Source of the DNA: Caldimicrobium thiodismutans
GTDB taxonomy: Bacteria > Desulfobacterota > Thermodesulfobacteria > Thermodesulfobacteriales > Thermodesulfobacteriaceae
Direction: 5' to 3'
Assembly: GCF_001548275.1 (NCBI RefSeq)
Contig: NZ_AP014945.1
Location: 840,001 to 872,000, forward strand
Length of the DNA stretch: 32,000 nt
The position numbers were made by a program, and so were the translations under genes. Positions 1 to 8,978 of the stretch are shown in pieces. The number at the start of each line of letters is the position of its first letter. Within the stretch, counting starts at the first letter, position 1. Under the pieces are notes generated by a model. The model was not told the origin of the DNA and ran no database searches. It saw only the letters and a list, made by a program, of their open reading frames with translations.

Positions 1-2
1 TT

Positions 3-371
3 AATAAACTTTTAAATTATGATCCAGGGCATGTTAAGGCCTTAGAAGCAAGAGCCGCTATTTATCTTCAGAAAGATGAGCTTGACTCCGCAGAAAAGGA
101 CCTAAGAGAAGCAATGGAGAGGGAACCTGAAAATTATAGAATTTACTTTCGTTTAGGTCAGGTCTATTATAAAAAGAAAGATTTGGACTCTGCCCTTGAG
201 CTCTTTACTCGGGCTATTGATCTTAATCCCATGTATCCAGCGGCTTATTTAGCAAGAAGTCAGATTTTAAGAGAAAAGGGGCTTGAAGAGGCAGCTGACC
301 TTGAACTTGATAAGGCAGTTGCTGCTCATAGGGAGCTTGCTAAGGCCCAAAAGATTATAGATTTTGCTTAA
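3..371 (+). CDS. TPR-repeat protein, C-terminal part (reading frame open to the window edge)
   Basis: Frame 3 has no stop from nt 3 to TAA 369-371. TPR-like 34-aa helical repeats are visible (YFRLGQVYYKKKDLDSALELFTRAIDLNP; YPAAYLARSQIL). Confidence 0.6.
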   Translation, partial: NKLLNYDPGHVKALEARAAIYLQKDELDSAEKDLREAMEREPENYRIYFRLGQVYYKKKDLDSALELFTRAIDLNPMYPAAYLARSQILREKGLEEAADLELDKAVAAHRELAKAQKIIDFA

Positions 372-1444
372 AGGCTCTCCTCAAGGATAAGGGTCCACTT
401 AAAAGGGTCTTCAATCTCCCCATACTGGAGACCTGTTAGATAATCAAAAAGCCTTTTGGCAATCTCTCCTGTTTGCCCTTGATTTATTAAATATTCCCTT
501 TCCCGATAAAAAATCTTACCCACTGGGGAAATCACAGCTGCTGTGCCTGTGCCAAAGCACTCTTTTAGTTTTCCCTTTTCAATTCCCTCAATAACCTCAT
601 CAATGGAGATTCTTCTTTCCTCAGCTTTTAGTCCAAGTATACTTGCGAGTTTTAAAACGGAATCTCTGGTTATACCGGGAAGAATTGAACCAGTGAGGGC
701 AGGAGTAATCAGTTCATCCTCAAAAACAAAGAAGATATTCATGGTTCCAACTTCTTCTACATATTTTCTTTCAAGGCCATCAAGCCATAGAATCTGGGTA
801 TAGCCTGCCTTTTTGGCTTCTTCTTGAGCCTTAAGACTTGCAGCATAATTACCCCCCGCCTTAACATCCCCTGTGCCTCCTGGAAAGGCCCTGACATATC
901 TTTCCGTTACATAAATCTTAATGGGATTGAAGCCTTCTTCGTAATAAGCTGAAACCGGGCATAAAATTATTATAAATAAATATTCATGGCTTGGCTTAAC
1001 CCCAAGACTTCCCTCAGTACCAAAGACAAAGGGTCTAATATAAAGTGCTGAGCCCTTTTGCTTGGGGATCCAGTCTTTATCCAGCCAGACTAAGGTCTTT
1101 ATAGCCTTAAGCACAAATTCTGAATTAAGTGTAGGAATACAGAGCCTTTCAGCAGATCTATTTAAGCGGGCCACATTTTCCCAGGGACGAAAGAGTCTAA
1201 TTTTCCCATCCACACCATAATATGCCTTAAGGCCCTCAAAAATGGTCTGGGCATAGTGAAGGACAATAGCTGCTGGATGAATCTCAATGTTTGAAAAGGG
1301 AACTATGCGAGGGGAATGCCAGCCCTGATCACAGTTATACTCCATAATAAACATGTGAGGAGTAAAGACCCGACCAAAAAGCAATTTTTCAAAATTCGGG
1401 GCCATCCTCTTTTCCTCGGGTGCCAGTCTAATCTCAATCTCCAT
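368..1444 (-). CDS. ilvE: branched-chain amino acid aminotransferase (class IV PLP enzyme)
   Basis: LFGRVFTPHMF..YNCDQGWH..RIVPF..HYAQTIFEGLKAY matches the long-form BCAT N-terminus. ATG at 1444 is preceded by GGGAGG; the upstream GTG at 1465 has no RBS. Confidence 0.85.
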   Translation of the reverse strand: MEIEIRLAPEEKRMAPNFEKLLFGRVFTPHMFIMEYNCDQGWHSPRIVPFSNIEIHPAAIVLHYAQTIFEGLKAYYGVDGKIRLFRPWENVARLNRSAERLCIPTLNSEFVLKAIKTLVWLDKDWIPKQKGSALYIRPFVFGTEGSLGVKPSHEYLFIIILCPVSAYYEEGFNPIKIYVTERYVRAFPGGTGDVKAGGNYAASLKAQEEAKKAGYTQILWLDGLERKYVEEVGTMNIFFVFEDELITPALTGSILPGITRDSVLKLASILGLKAEERRISIDEVIEGIEKGKLKECFGTGTAAVISPVGKIFYREREYLINQGQTGEIAKRLFDYLTGLQYGEIEDPFKWTLILEESL

Positions 1445-1503
1445 AACTAAAATTGTGCCTCCCACTCTATTTAAATTTTCATAAATTAAACCCTTTTACC
1501 ATT

Positions 1504-1532
1504 TTGACAAGCACCTAAGGATGTGTTAATTT
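1504..1532 (+). promoter_or_regulatory. sigma70-like promoter: TTGACA (1504-1509), N17, TAATTT (1527-1532)
   Basis: Perfect -35 with 17-nt spacer. The -10 ends 7 nt before ATG 1540 and there is no SD, which suggests a leaderless mRNA. Confidence 0.35.
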
Positions 1533-1539
1533 ATAAAAA

Positions 1540-2151
1540 ATGGCCTTGCGTTTATATCAATCCCCCATCTCACTAAAACTTTTACAGGAAAAAAGTTACT
1601 TCCAAAGACTTGGTGAAATTTTACACTTTTCTATAGAGGCCCTCCTTTTAAAAGAAGATATTTTCACAATTAATGAGGAGACACTAGCAAAGCTTGTGGC
1701 AAAGGCCCTTTTTCTCTATCCAGAGCCTTTACTTGAAAGGGAAAGGTTAAAAGAAGAGGCCTTAAAAATCCTTAAATCTGCCATACAAAGCGAAGATTGG
1801 AGGGCTTTGCAAAATATTTTTAAGGATGCTGAAGCATTTTATCAGGAAATTGAGGGCTACTTTGCAGAGGAAAACAAAATTTTGAGACCAGATTTCTTGA
1901 TTTTTAAGAAAGATATCCTTTATCTCCTTGAGTTTAAACTTCGTAAAGAGGATTTTCAAAAGGAGCAAGTTAGACTTTATCAGAAGTTTTTGAACTCTCT
2001 TTATCCCCAAAGAAGGGTAAAGTTATGCCTTTTGACCTTTCTGCCTTTTAAATTTATTCTTTTTGAAGAAAACCTTAAGGAAAGTTCCAAAGATGCGGAT
2101 CAAAAGCTACTTAATACCACCCAGCTCCCACTTTTTGAAAAGTTTAATTAA
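1540..2151 (+). CDS. small stand-alone RecB-like PD-(D/E)XK nuclease-domain protein
   Basis: C-terminal half carries RPDFLIF, LLEFK and QVRLYQ, arranged like the D / (D/E)xK / QxxxY motifs of RecB/AddA nuclease domains. The N-terminal half is unassigned. Confidence 0.5.
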   Translation: MALRLYQSPISLKLLQEKSYFQRLGEILHFSIEALLLKEDIFTINEETLAKLVAKALFLYPEPLLERERLKEEALKILKSAIQSEDWRALQNIFKDAEAFYQEIEGYFAEENKILRPDFLIFKKDILYLLEFKLRKEDFQKEQVRLYQKFLNSLYPQRRVKLCLLTFLPFKFILFEENLKESSKDADQKLLNTTQLPLFEKFN

Positions 2152-5014
2152 TTTTCTCTCTGGAGACCTCGATTTCAAAAATCCTGAGGTCTCTGGTTTT
2201 TACATCGTCTTTCCAACCAAAAGAGCCTGTTACTACTTCAAACACCTTTTGATTCAAAAATTTAATGGCCAGTCACTTTTCTTTCCAAGAGTATTAGCCT
2301 GGGAGGAATTTTTACAGAAGCTCTATCTTGAAATCTGCGAAACTCCCAAACTTCTCCTGCCAGATAGTGCTAAAATTTTTTTTCTTTTGCAGTCCCTGGA
2401 TAAAGAAAAACTAAGGAAAGATCCTACCCATCTTTTATTCTGGGGAAGCAAGTTTTTAGAGGTCTTTGAGGAATTTGAAAAGGAGGGAAAACTTCCTCCC
2501 AACCTTCTTTATCCACCCGAGGGAATTCCAGATACAGCTCAAGCCCTTTTTGAAGAACTTGCTAAAATCTATGATACCTTCAAGGAGCTTTTAAAGGAAA
2601 AGGGTGTTCTCTTCCCCTTACAACTTCTTTCAGAAATAAGTGAGCTTTTATTAAAGAGAGAAAGTGAGCTTAAAATTAAAGGATTAGTTATGGCAGGGTT
2701 TGCAGCCCTTCGGGAAGCAGAAAAAGAACTCTGGCAAAAACTTTTTGAGGTTCTGAAAAATACCCCTATTTATCTCTTCTTTGAGAGTAACCACCCTCCG
2801 CATCCTATTCTTCAGGAGACCTTTAAGGCCTTAAAGATAGAGGCCTCCCTCTTGCCAGATAATTTTTTAGACAGATTGCCATCTAAACCAGAAATAAAGC
2901 TTTTTTCCTTTCCTGATATAGAATCAGAAGTCTCCAAGGTAATGGAGAACCTCCCTTCAGAGCTAAAGAGGGCTGATCAAGTGGCTATTATTCTACCTCA
3001 ACCCCTGACTCTCCTTCCTCTGCTTCATAGGTTAGAAACAACTGACCTTGAGGTTAACATAACTTTACCTGTTTCTTCCCGCATTCTTCCCATATATCAT
3101 CTTTTCAAACTCCTCATTAAAGCGCAGAGAGAAAGAAGAGGGAATTATTATTTAACTGAGGGTATTTTAAAAATACTCAGATTCCCTCTCTTAAGGCTTT
3201 TGATACAGGAAGAGGGCCTTTGGGAAAAAATCCTTAATGCAATCAAAGAATTTTTAAAAAAAGAAAAACCAAGAGAGATATCCTTTGAGGAGCTACTGAA
3301 AATAGTTCCAGATTTACTTCAACAGGAGTTATTTGAAAAGGTCTGGCAGATCCTATTTAAAAATTTTGAGAATCCTGATAGCCCAGAAAACCTTAAGAAT
3401 GCCCTTTTGAGGGTGCTTGAATTCTTAAGCCCCGCTCTCCAAAAAAAAGAAGAGGTTTTAAATGAGACGCTGGATGCCTTTTTCCTGAGGGGATATCTTG
3501 CCTTTCTGGAAAAAGAGGTCTTACCTCTCTTTGACTACTCACCTCTCTGGAAAGGTCTTGATTTTGAGGACAAGAAGGATTTTTATCTTCGTATTCTTGA
3601 CTTTTTGCTTTCTCAGGGAAAGATTTCCCTTTCTGGAGAACCCTTAGCTGGTGTTCAGATTATGGGACTTCTTGAGGCAAGGCTTCTTTATTTTGATAGG
3701 ATCATCCTTCTGGATGTAAATGAAGGGGCCCTTCCCCCAGCTACCCCCCTAAATCCCCTTTTAACTGATGAAATCAAGACCTATCTTGGCCTTCCCATTT
3801 TTAAAAATGAGCTCTGGGACTATTATTTTGAGCAAATTCTTTTCTCAGCTCCTGAGGTTAACCTCTATTATATCCTGACCTCCAAGGGCAAAGGAGAGCT
3901 AACAGGAGAACCCTCTCGCTTTATCCAAAAATATAAGTGGTTGTCTGAAAAAAACGGAAGTCCCCTTAAAGAAGAGACTTTTAAGCCTGAGCTGAAACCT
4001 TTGACACGCATTGATGGAATTCCCAAGAAAGATGAAGATAAAGAAATCCTTTTAGCTTACCTTAAAAGGGGATCCTTAAGTAGATTTTTCTTTGAGACCT
4101 ATATTACCTGCCCTGTGAGATTTTACTTTAAATATCTTTTGGGTCTTGACTCTCCAGAAGAAATCTCCCTTCAAGACAGGGATATAGGTCTTTTTTTACA
4201 TGCTTTTTTTGAGAAATTATTTGGAGCCTATCAAGGGAGAGCAATCTATTTTTCTGAGATTACCCAAAAGGGTAAATGGGAAGCCCTTTTTGAGGAACTC
4301 TGGAAAGAATTTGGATTTGAAAGAAGTCTTGACCCTCTAAATCTGTGGCTTTCAGAAAAGATCGCCCGAGCCTCAATTGCCAATTATCTCCAGCATCTTT
4401 ATTCCCTTGAAAGGGAAGGAACAATTAAACGCTTCCTTATCCTTGGTGTTGAAAAGGACCTCGAATATAAAACCAATCTTCATTCCTATGATATTAAACT
4501 CTGGGGTAGAGTAGATTTTATTGTCAAAAGAGAAGAGGCTTTCCCCAAGTATTGTATCTTTGACTTTAAGAGCAATCCCTATAAAAAGCCAGCTCCCTCG
4601 GCCTTAAAAAAGCTCTTGAACTTTACACCCCGAGGAGACTTTAGCCTTGAGGAATTATCTAATTTACAAGAATGCTTTGGCAAGGATTTAACCAATTTTC
4701 AACTCATCTTTTATCTCTTTCTCCTACTAAAAAATAAAGAAACTTTACTGAATTTAGAGAGTTATTCCGAAGTTGAAATCAATGCAGGCTATCTAACTCC
4801 CTCTAATTTTAAAGAGCCTGAAAAATTTTTGATAACAAAATCTAATTATAAGGAGAGGTCTAAATTTTTCCAATTTTTGGAAGAGGACTTTGAAAGCCTC
4901 TTGGATTTTGTCTTGACCCATATCTTGGAAAGTCCAGCCTTTTATTTTACCGAAAATGAAGAGGCCTGTAAATTTTGCGATTACAAGTCTCCCTGTTTGA
5001 ATCTACGAACTTAG
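2093..5014 (+). CDS. AddB-like PD-(D/E)XK nuclease with C-terminal Fe-S cysteine cluster; no canonical N-terminal Walker A
   Basis: GRVDFIV, IFDFKSN and QLIFY nuclease motifs. Four Cys arranged as C (TCPVRFYFKY) followed by CKFCDYKSPC (CxxCx5C), as in the AddB iron staple. First ATG at 2093 follows AAGGAAAG; the tracked TTG at 2063 is less likely. Confidence 0.7.
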   Translation: MRIKSYLIPPSSHFLKSLINFLSGDLDFKNPEVSGFYIVFPTKRACYYFKHLLIQKFNGQSLFFPRVLAWEEFLQKLYLEICETPKLLLPDSAKIFFLLQSLDKEKLRKDPTHLLFWGSKFLEVFEEFEKEGKLPPNLLYPPEGIPDTAQALFEELAKIYDTFKELLKEKGVLFPLQLLSEISELLLKRESELKIKGLVMAGFAALREAEKELWQKLFEVLKNTPIYLFFESNHPPHPILQETFKALKIEASLLPDNFLDRLPSKPEIKLFSFPDIESEVSKVMENLPSELKRADQVAIILPQPLTLLPLLHRLETTDLEVNITLPVSSRILPIYHLFKLLIKAQRERRGNYYLTEGILKILRFPLLRLLIQEEGLWEKILNAIKEFLKKEKPREISFEELLKIVPDLLQQELFEKVWQILFKNFENPDSPENLKNALLRVLEFLSPALQKKEEVLNETLDAFFLRGYLAFLEKEVLPLFDYSPLWKGLDFEDKKDFYLRILDFLLSQGKISLSGEPLAGVQIMGLLEARLLYFDRIILLDVNEGALPPATPLNPLLTDEIKTYLGLPIFKNELWDYYFEQILFSAPEVNLYYILTSKGKGELTGEPSRFIQKYKWLSEKNGSPLKEETFKPELKPLTRIDGIPKKDEDKEILLAYLKRGSLSRFFFETYITCPVRFYFKYLLGLDSPEEISLQDRDIGLFLHAFFEKLFGAYQGRAIYFSEITQKGKWEALFEELWKEFGFERSLDPLNLWLSEKIARASIANYLQHLYSLEREGTIKRFLILGVEKDLEYKTNLHSYDIKLWGRVDFIVKREEAFPKYCIFDFKSNPYKKPAPSALKKLLNFTPRGDFSLEELSNLQECFGKDLTNFQLIFYLFLLLKNKETLLNLESYSEVEINAGYLTPSNFKEPEKFLITKSNYKERSKFFQFLEEDFESLLDFVLTHILESPAFYFTENEEACKFCDYKSPCLNLRT

Positions 5015-5023
5015 GAGGAGAAA

Positions 5024-6238
5024 ATGAAGTCACCTCTCAACTTTTCCATAGCACAGATGGAAGTAACCCAAAACTTAGAGAAAAATTTAGAAAAAATTCT
5101 TGAATTCATTAAAAAAGCTAAAGGGGACATAATCCTTTTTCCTGAGCTTGCTTTAACAGGGTATCGGAATTTTCAAGAGCTTTCTCCAGATACGGTTGAA
5201 GTTGCTCTAAGGGAGATTCAGAGGTCAACAGGGGATAAAAAGATCTTTCTTGGATCAGTCTTTTTCAAAAAAGATGGATATGTTAATGCCTACCTTGCCC
5301 TTTCTTCTTCAGGTGTATCTTGTCTTGCAGAGAAGGAACTTCTCTTTCCAGGACTTGACGATCTCTATTATCTTAAACCGGGTCAAAGAAAGGGGTGTCT
5401 CTTTTTAAATTCTACTACCTGGATTATAGCGATTTGCTTTGAATTAAGGAGTCCTGAACTTGTGAGAGGTTTTCTATCTGAAGGGCTGGATGGTTTAATA
5501 GTTCCTGCTCAGTGGCCAAAATTGCGCATAGACCACTTTAAAACCCTTCTTAAGGCAAGAGCCCTTGAAAATCAGATTCATTCCATAGGTATAAATGGTG
5601 TAGGAAAAATCGGAGAGCTTGAGCTTGGCGGAGGTTCTCATGTTTTCTCTCCCTCCGGAGAAGAACTGGGAAGTTGTGGTGATGAAGAGACCCTCCTTGA
5701 GCTAACCCTTGACCTAAAAACTCAACCCCTTCCCTATCCTTTAAGAACCCCCTTTTTAAAAACCTCTAAACTCAAAACCCTGGATGAACTTAAAGAGATT
5801 ATTTCCAAAAGAAGATCCAAAGGACAGGTCATGGTCTTTACAAATGGTTGCTTTGATCTTTTGCATGCGGGGCATGTGGATTACCTACAAAAGGCAAGAC
5901 ATCTGGGAGATTTTCTTGTGGTTGGACTTAATAGTGATGTATCTATCCAGAAAATCAAGGGACCTGAAAGACCTATTAACCATCAGGCTTACAGAGTAGA
6001 GGTTTTATCAGCCTTAGCCTGTGTAGACTACATTATTCTCTTTGATGAGGAAACCCCTGAAAGACTTATTCATACACTAAAACCTGATATTCTTGTAAAA
6101 GGGGAAGACTGGCCAGAGGACAAAATTGTAGGCGGGGCCTTTGTCAAAGGCTATGGAGGAAAGGTAATCAGATTGCCCTTCAATTATAATACTTCTACAA
6201 GCAAACTGATAGAAAAAATCAGAAGTAAAGGGATTTAA
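5024..6238 (+). CDS. fusion protein: N-terminal carbon-nitrogen hydrolase (nitrilase superfamily), C-terminal RfaE-domain-II-type cytidylyltransferase (heptose-1-phosphate adenylyltransferase-like)
   Basis: N-terminal part has FPELALTGY (Glu) and IAICFELR (Cys) triad contexts. C-terminal part VFTNGCFDLLHAGHVDYLQKARHLGDFLVVGLNSD..LKPDILVKGEDW is close to the HldE C-terminal domain. RBS AGGAGGAG lies before the ATG. Confidence 0.75.
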   Translation: MKSPLNFSIAQMEVTQNLEKNLEKILEFIKKAKGDIILFPELALTGYRNFQELSPDTVEVALREIQRSTGDKKIFLGSVFFKKDGYVNAYLALSSSGVSCLAEKELLFPGLDDLYYLKPGQRKGCLFLNSTTWIIAICFELRSPELVRGFLSEGLDGLIVPAQWPKLRIDHFKTLLKARALENQIHSIGINGVGKIGELELGGGSHVFSPSGEELGSCGDEETLLELTLDLKTQPLPYPLRTPFLKTSKLKTLDELKEIISKRRSKGQVMVFTNGCFDLLHAGHVDYLQKARHLGDFLVVGLNSDVSIQKIKGPERPINHQAYRVEVLSALACVDYIILFDEETPERLIHTLKPDILVKGEDWPEDKIVGGAFVKGYGGKVIRLPFNYNTSTSKLIEKIRSKGI

Positions 6239-6528
6239 GCGATTTCCGAGAGAAGAGACCCTACCATAGCCCTTGCAATCTGTTGATTGGAGACTTGATA
6301 ATTTCCAGAGGCAATTTGCTCTTTCAATTGAGAAACCTTTTCTTCTCTAATCTCAGGCAGGGAGGAAGCCTTAGCCTTGGCATTCTCAATTGCAGGTTTA
6401 ATGGAGAGTTGAACCTGATCCTGGGTAATCTTAAGTTGTTCATTTTCTTTTGGTTGTTCCTGAGGTCTTCCCTTTTGGATTTCTCTTTTTATCTCTGTTT
6501 TTTGAGGTGTTAATTCGTTAATTTTCAT
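6235..6528 (-). CDS. flgM: anti-sigma-28 factor FlgM
   Basis: C-terminus IREEKVSQLKEQIASGNYQVSNQQIARAMV is the FlgM signature. I place the start at the internal ATG 6528 (RBS GAGGG) because a FliA-type promoter overlaps the upstream ATG 6567. Confidence 0.8.
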   Translation of the reverse strand: MKINELTPQKTEIKREIQKGRPQEQPKENEQLKITQDQVQLSIKPAIENAKAKASSLPEIREEKVSQLKEQIASGNYQVSNQQIARAMVGSLLSEIA

Positions 6529-6557
6529 ATAAATACCCTCAGGGCTTTTTATATTAT

Positions 6558-6584
6558 TTATCGGCATTTTCTACTCCCTCTTTA
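6558..6584 (-). promoter_or_regulatory. sigma-28 (FliA) promoter TAAA-N15-GCCGATAA
   Basis: The minus strand reads TAAA gagggagtagaaaat GCCGATAA. This matches the flagellar class-3 consensus exactly and lies just upstream of the flgM RBS. Confidence 0.55.
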
Positions 6585-6600
6585 AATTCCTCTTTTAAAG

Positions 6601-6628
6601 ATAATAGACAATCTTTCAAAAAAGTCAA
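6601..6628 (-). promoter_or_regulatory. sigma70-like promoter TTGACT-N16-TATTAT upstream of flgM
   Basis: Read on the minus strand in the 68-nt priA-flgM gap. Confidence 0.3.
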
Positions 6629-6635
6629 GCTATTT

Positions 6636-8978
6636 TCAGAGTAAATCCTCAGGGTCTATATCTAATTCCAGTTTCAGGCCTGAAAATAGTAAATCTTTAA
6701 GATAAATCAACAGGGGTTTAAGGTCAGAATATTTTTCACCTTTTATAAGAATTTGCCAGCGATAAAACCCCCGGAGTTTCCTTAAAGGACAAGGAGAAGG
6801 ACCAAGAATTTCCACAGGCAGACCTTTTTCTTCCTTCAATTTTTCAAGATTGAGCTTAATTTCAAGGGCCTTTTCTTTGAGTTTTTCTTCAGATATTCCT
6901 ATAAAGCGTAGGAGTGCAAGTTTCCTAAAGGGTGGAAAGCCATATTTTTTGCGATTTAAGAGTTCTCCTTGGAAAAAACCTTCATAATCCTGGTTCAAGG
7001 CCTGCTGGATAACATGATGGTCCGGAAGGGCCGTCTGAATTAGTACCTTTCCCTGTTCATCCTTTCTACCAGCTCTACCTTCAGCCTGAAGAAGGAGTTG
7101 AAAGGTCCTTTCATGGGCCTTATAATGGGGTAAAAATAAACCTTCCTCAGCCCTTAAGATAACAACCAGATTTACCTGGGGAAAGTTGTGTCCATGCACC
7201 CCCATCTGAGTTCCCACTATAATTTTTGGGCTGGGCTGATAAATTCGTTCCATAAGGAGATTTAGCTTTTTTTCCGAGTTCACTGCATCCCTGTCAAACC
7301 GCAAGATCTCAGCTTCGGGGAAAAGTTTTTGCATCTCCTCTTCAATCCGTTCTGTTCCAAATCTCAAAAATCTCCATTTACCCCTTTGACACTGAGGACA
7401 AAGAATCCTGGCCTTTAAAGTTAAAGAACAGTAATGACAAAGGAGAAAATCTTCCTCCCTGTGATAGGTTAAGGGAATACCACAATTTGGACAGGTTAGG
7501 ATATAGCCGCAGTCCTCACATTTGACAAGGGGAGCATATCCCCTGCGATTAAGATAAACAAAAACAGACTTTCCTTCTCTCAGACTTCTCTCTATCTCCA
7601 TTTGAACTTGCTGGGTAATCAATTTAAATTTTTTATTTTGAATGAGTTTAACCTCAGGCATTTTTACGAAAGGTCTTTCTTTGAGGGTAAGAAGTTCGTA
7701 TTTTCCAGTTCTGGCATAATAGTAACTTTTAAGGCTCGGTGTAGCAGAACCAAGTAACACTAAGGCTCCTTCCATCTTCCCCCGCACCAAAGCAAGGTCT
7801 CTGGCCTGATATCGGCATGGAAGATTTTCCTCTTTATAGGAGGAGTCATGTTCTTCATCTACTATGATAAGTCCCAAATTCTCAATAGGGGCAAAGATAC
7901 TGGAACGAGTTCCGATAACAAGGCTTGCTCTGCCGTCAAGGATCTTCATCCACTCAGAAAGCCTTTGCTGAGGGGTTAAGGCACTGTGCAAAAGGGCCAT
8001 TTTATCTTTGAAGTGATGAAAAAGAAGCCTCTCAATATAATGAGTAAGAGCAATCTCTGGAAGTAAAAAGAGAACCCTCTTCCCCTGGGCTAAGGCCTCT
8101 TTTACCAGTTCCAAATAAATAAGGGATTTCCCTGAGCCTGTTACACCATAAAGCAAAAAGGGGTGATAGCCTCCCTCCTTTAGTGTTGAGATAAGCCTGC
8201 GTAAAATTCTCTGCTGTGCCGGGGTGAGTTGATAATTTCTCAGAGGCTCCAAAGGAAGGGTAATTTTTCTCATCTTTGGATACTCTACTCTTTCAAGATA
8301 GCCTTCCTCCTGCAGTTTCTTAATTTCTTTTGCTTTCAAGGCCTCCTTGATAACCTTTTCAGGCACCTCATCAGTCTCATTGAAAAGGGGAAGAATCTTT
8401 TTAGCAATCTCAGAAGGAGGAGACTTTACCAACCGGTAAAAGACCTCAACCGGAATCTTTACTCTGGGGATTTCTGTCTTAAGCTCTAAGAGTCCAAGGT
8501 GAGCCCAGTTCTTAATTTTCTTCATCTGGATTTTAGTTTTCTTTAAGAATTGCTTTAGTCCCATCCCTTTTGAAGAGATTTCTTCAAAGGCCCGAGGAAG
8601 ACTTCCCTCTTTCAAGGCCTTCTGCCCTGCCTTGGTAAGATAAATTCTTCTGGCTGGAACTCTAAAAACACCCGATGGAAGAGCCATTTTAAGGACTATT
8701 CCCAGAGGGGACTGATAATAACCTGAAACCCACTCAAGAAAGGGAAAAAGCTTTGGTGGATAGAGAGGCAAAGGATCAAGGACATCTTCTATTTCTTTGT
8801 ATTCAATAGAAGGGTCAAGTAAACCCTGCATTGCAGATTCTATCTTTAAAACAATTCCAACTATTTTCTGTTTACCAAAAGGTGCAACTACCCTGACACC
8901 TGGTAGAATAAAGTTCTCACTTAGATAATGAAAATTTTTAAAAAGAGGAAGTGGTAAGGCAACTTCAAGAAGATACAT
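6636..8978 (-). CDS. priA: primosomal protein N' (replication restart helicase PriA)
   Basis: GVTGSGKS Walker A, DEEH box, and Cys-rich zinc fingers (CEDCGYILTCPNCG..CHYC..CPQC). ATG 8978 overlaps the galU stop as TGATG. Confidence 0.9.
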   Translation of the reverse strand: MYLLEVALPLPLFKNFHYLSENFILPGVRVVAPFGKQKIVGIVLKIESAMQGLLDPSIEYKEIEDVLDPLPLYPPKLFPFLEWVSGYYQSPLGIVLKMALPSGVFRVPARRIYLTKAGQKALKEGSLPRAFEEISSKGMGLKQFLKKTKIQMKKIKNWAHLGLLELKTEIPRVKIPVEVFYRLVKSPPSEIAKKILPLFNETDEVPEKVIKEALKAKEIKKLQEEGYLERVEYPKMRKITLPLEPLRNYQLTPAQQRILRRLISTLKEGGYHPFLLYGVTGSGKSLIYLELVKEALAQGKRVLFLLPEIALTHYIERLLFHHFKDKMALLHSALTPQQRLSEWMKILDGRASLVIGTRSSIFAPIENLGLIIVDEEHDSSYKEENLPCRYQARDLALVRGKMEGALVLLGSATPSLKSYYYARTGKYELLTLKERPFVKMPEVKLIQNKKFKLITQQVQMEIERSLREGKSVFVYLNRRGYAPLVKCEDCGYILTCPNCGIPLTYHREEDFLLCHYCSLTLKARILCPQCQRGKWRFLRFGTERIEEEMQKLFPEAEILRFDRDAVNSEKKLNLLMERIYQPSPKIIVGTQMGVHGHNFPQVNLVVILRAEEGLFLPHYKAHERTFQLLLQAEGRAGRKDEQGKVLIQTALPDHHVIQQALNQDYEGFFQGELLNRKKYGFPPFRKLALLRFIGISEEKLKEKALEIKLNLEKLKEEKGLPVEILGPSPCPLRKLRGFYRWQILIKGEKYSDLKPLLIYLKDLLFSGLKLELDIDPEDLL

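Noticed and set aside
543-803. Antisense or alternate-frame shadow ORFs inside confident genes: 543..803, 1762..2010, 5784..5999, 6283..6513, 8229..8489, 9186..9410, 9917..10132, 10356..10646, 13726..13932, 14214..14399, 14932..15213, 17585..17992, 18072..18440, 18804..19022, 19309..19521
   Set aside because: Each is fully embedded in a longer ORF with clear family motifs. They lack RBSs and have low-complexity or Ser/Leu/Phe-rich translations typical of the wrong frame.
1445-1465. Upstream alternative starts proposed by the ORF track (GTG 1465 ilvE, ATG 6567 flgM, TTG 8981 priA, GTG 28961 MCP, TTG 2063 addB-like)
   Set aside because: In each case a downstream ATG has a better RBS or better fits family N-termini or promoter placement. 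These starts remain unverified without N-terminal data.
2063-2151. Frameshifted single gene or pseudogene joining 1540..2151 to 2063..5014
   Set aside because: The downstream ORF has its own RBS and an AddB-like N-terminus. A nuclease motif at the end of the upstream ORF would be misplaced at that position in a single AddB. Two genes is more parsimonious.
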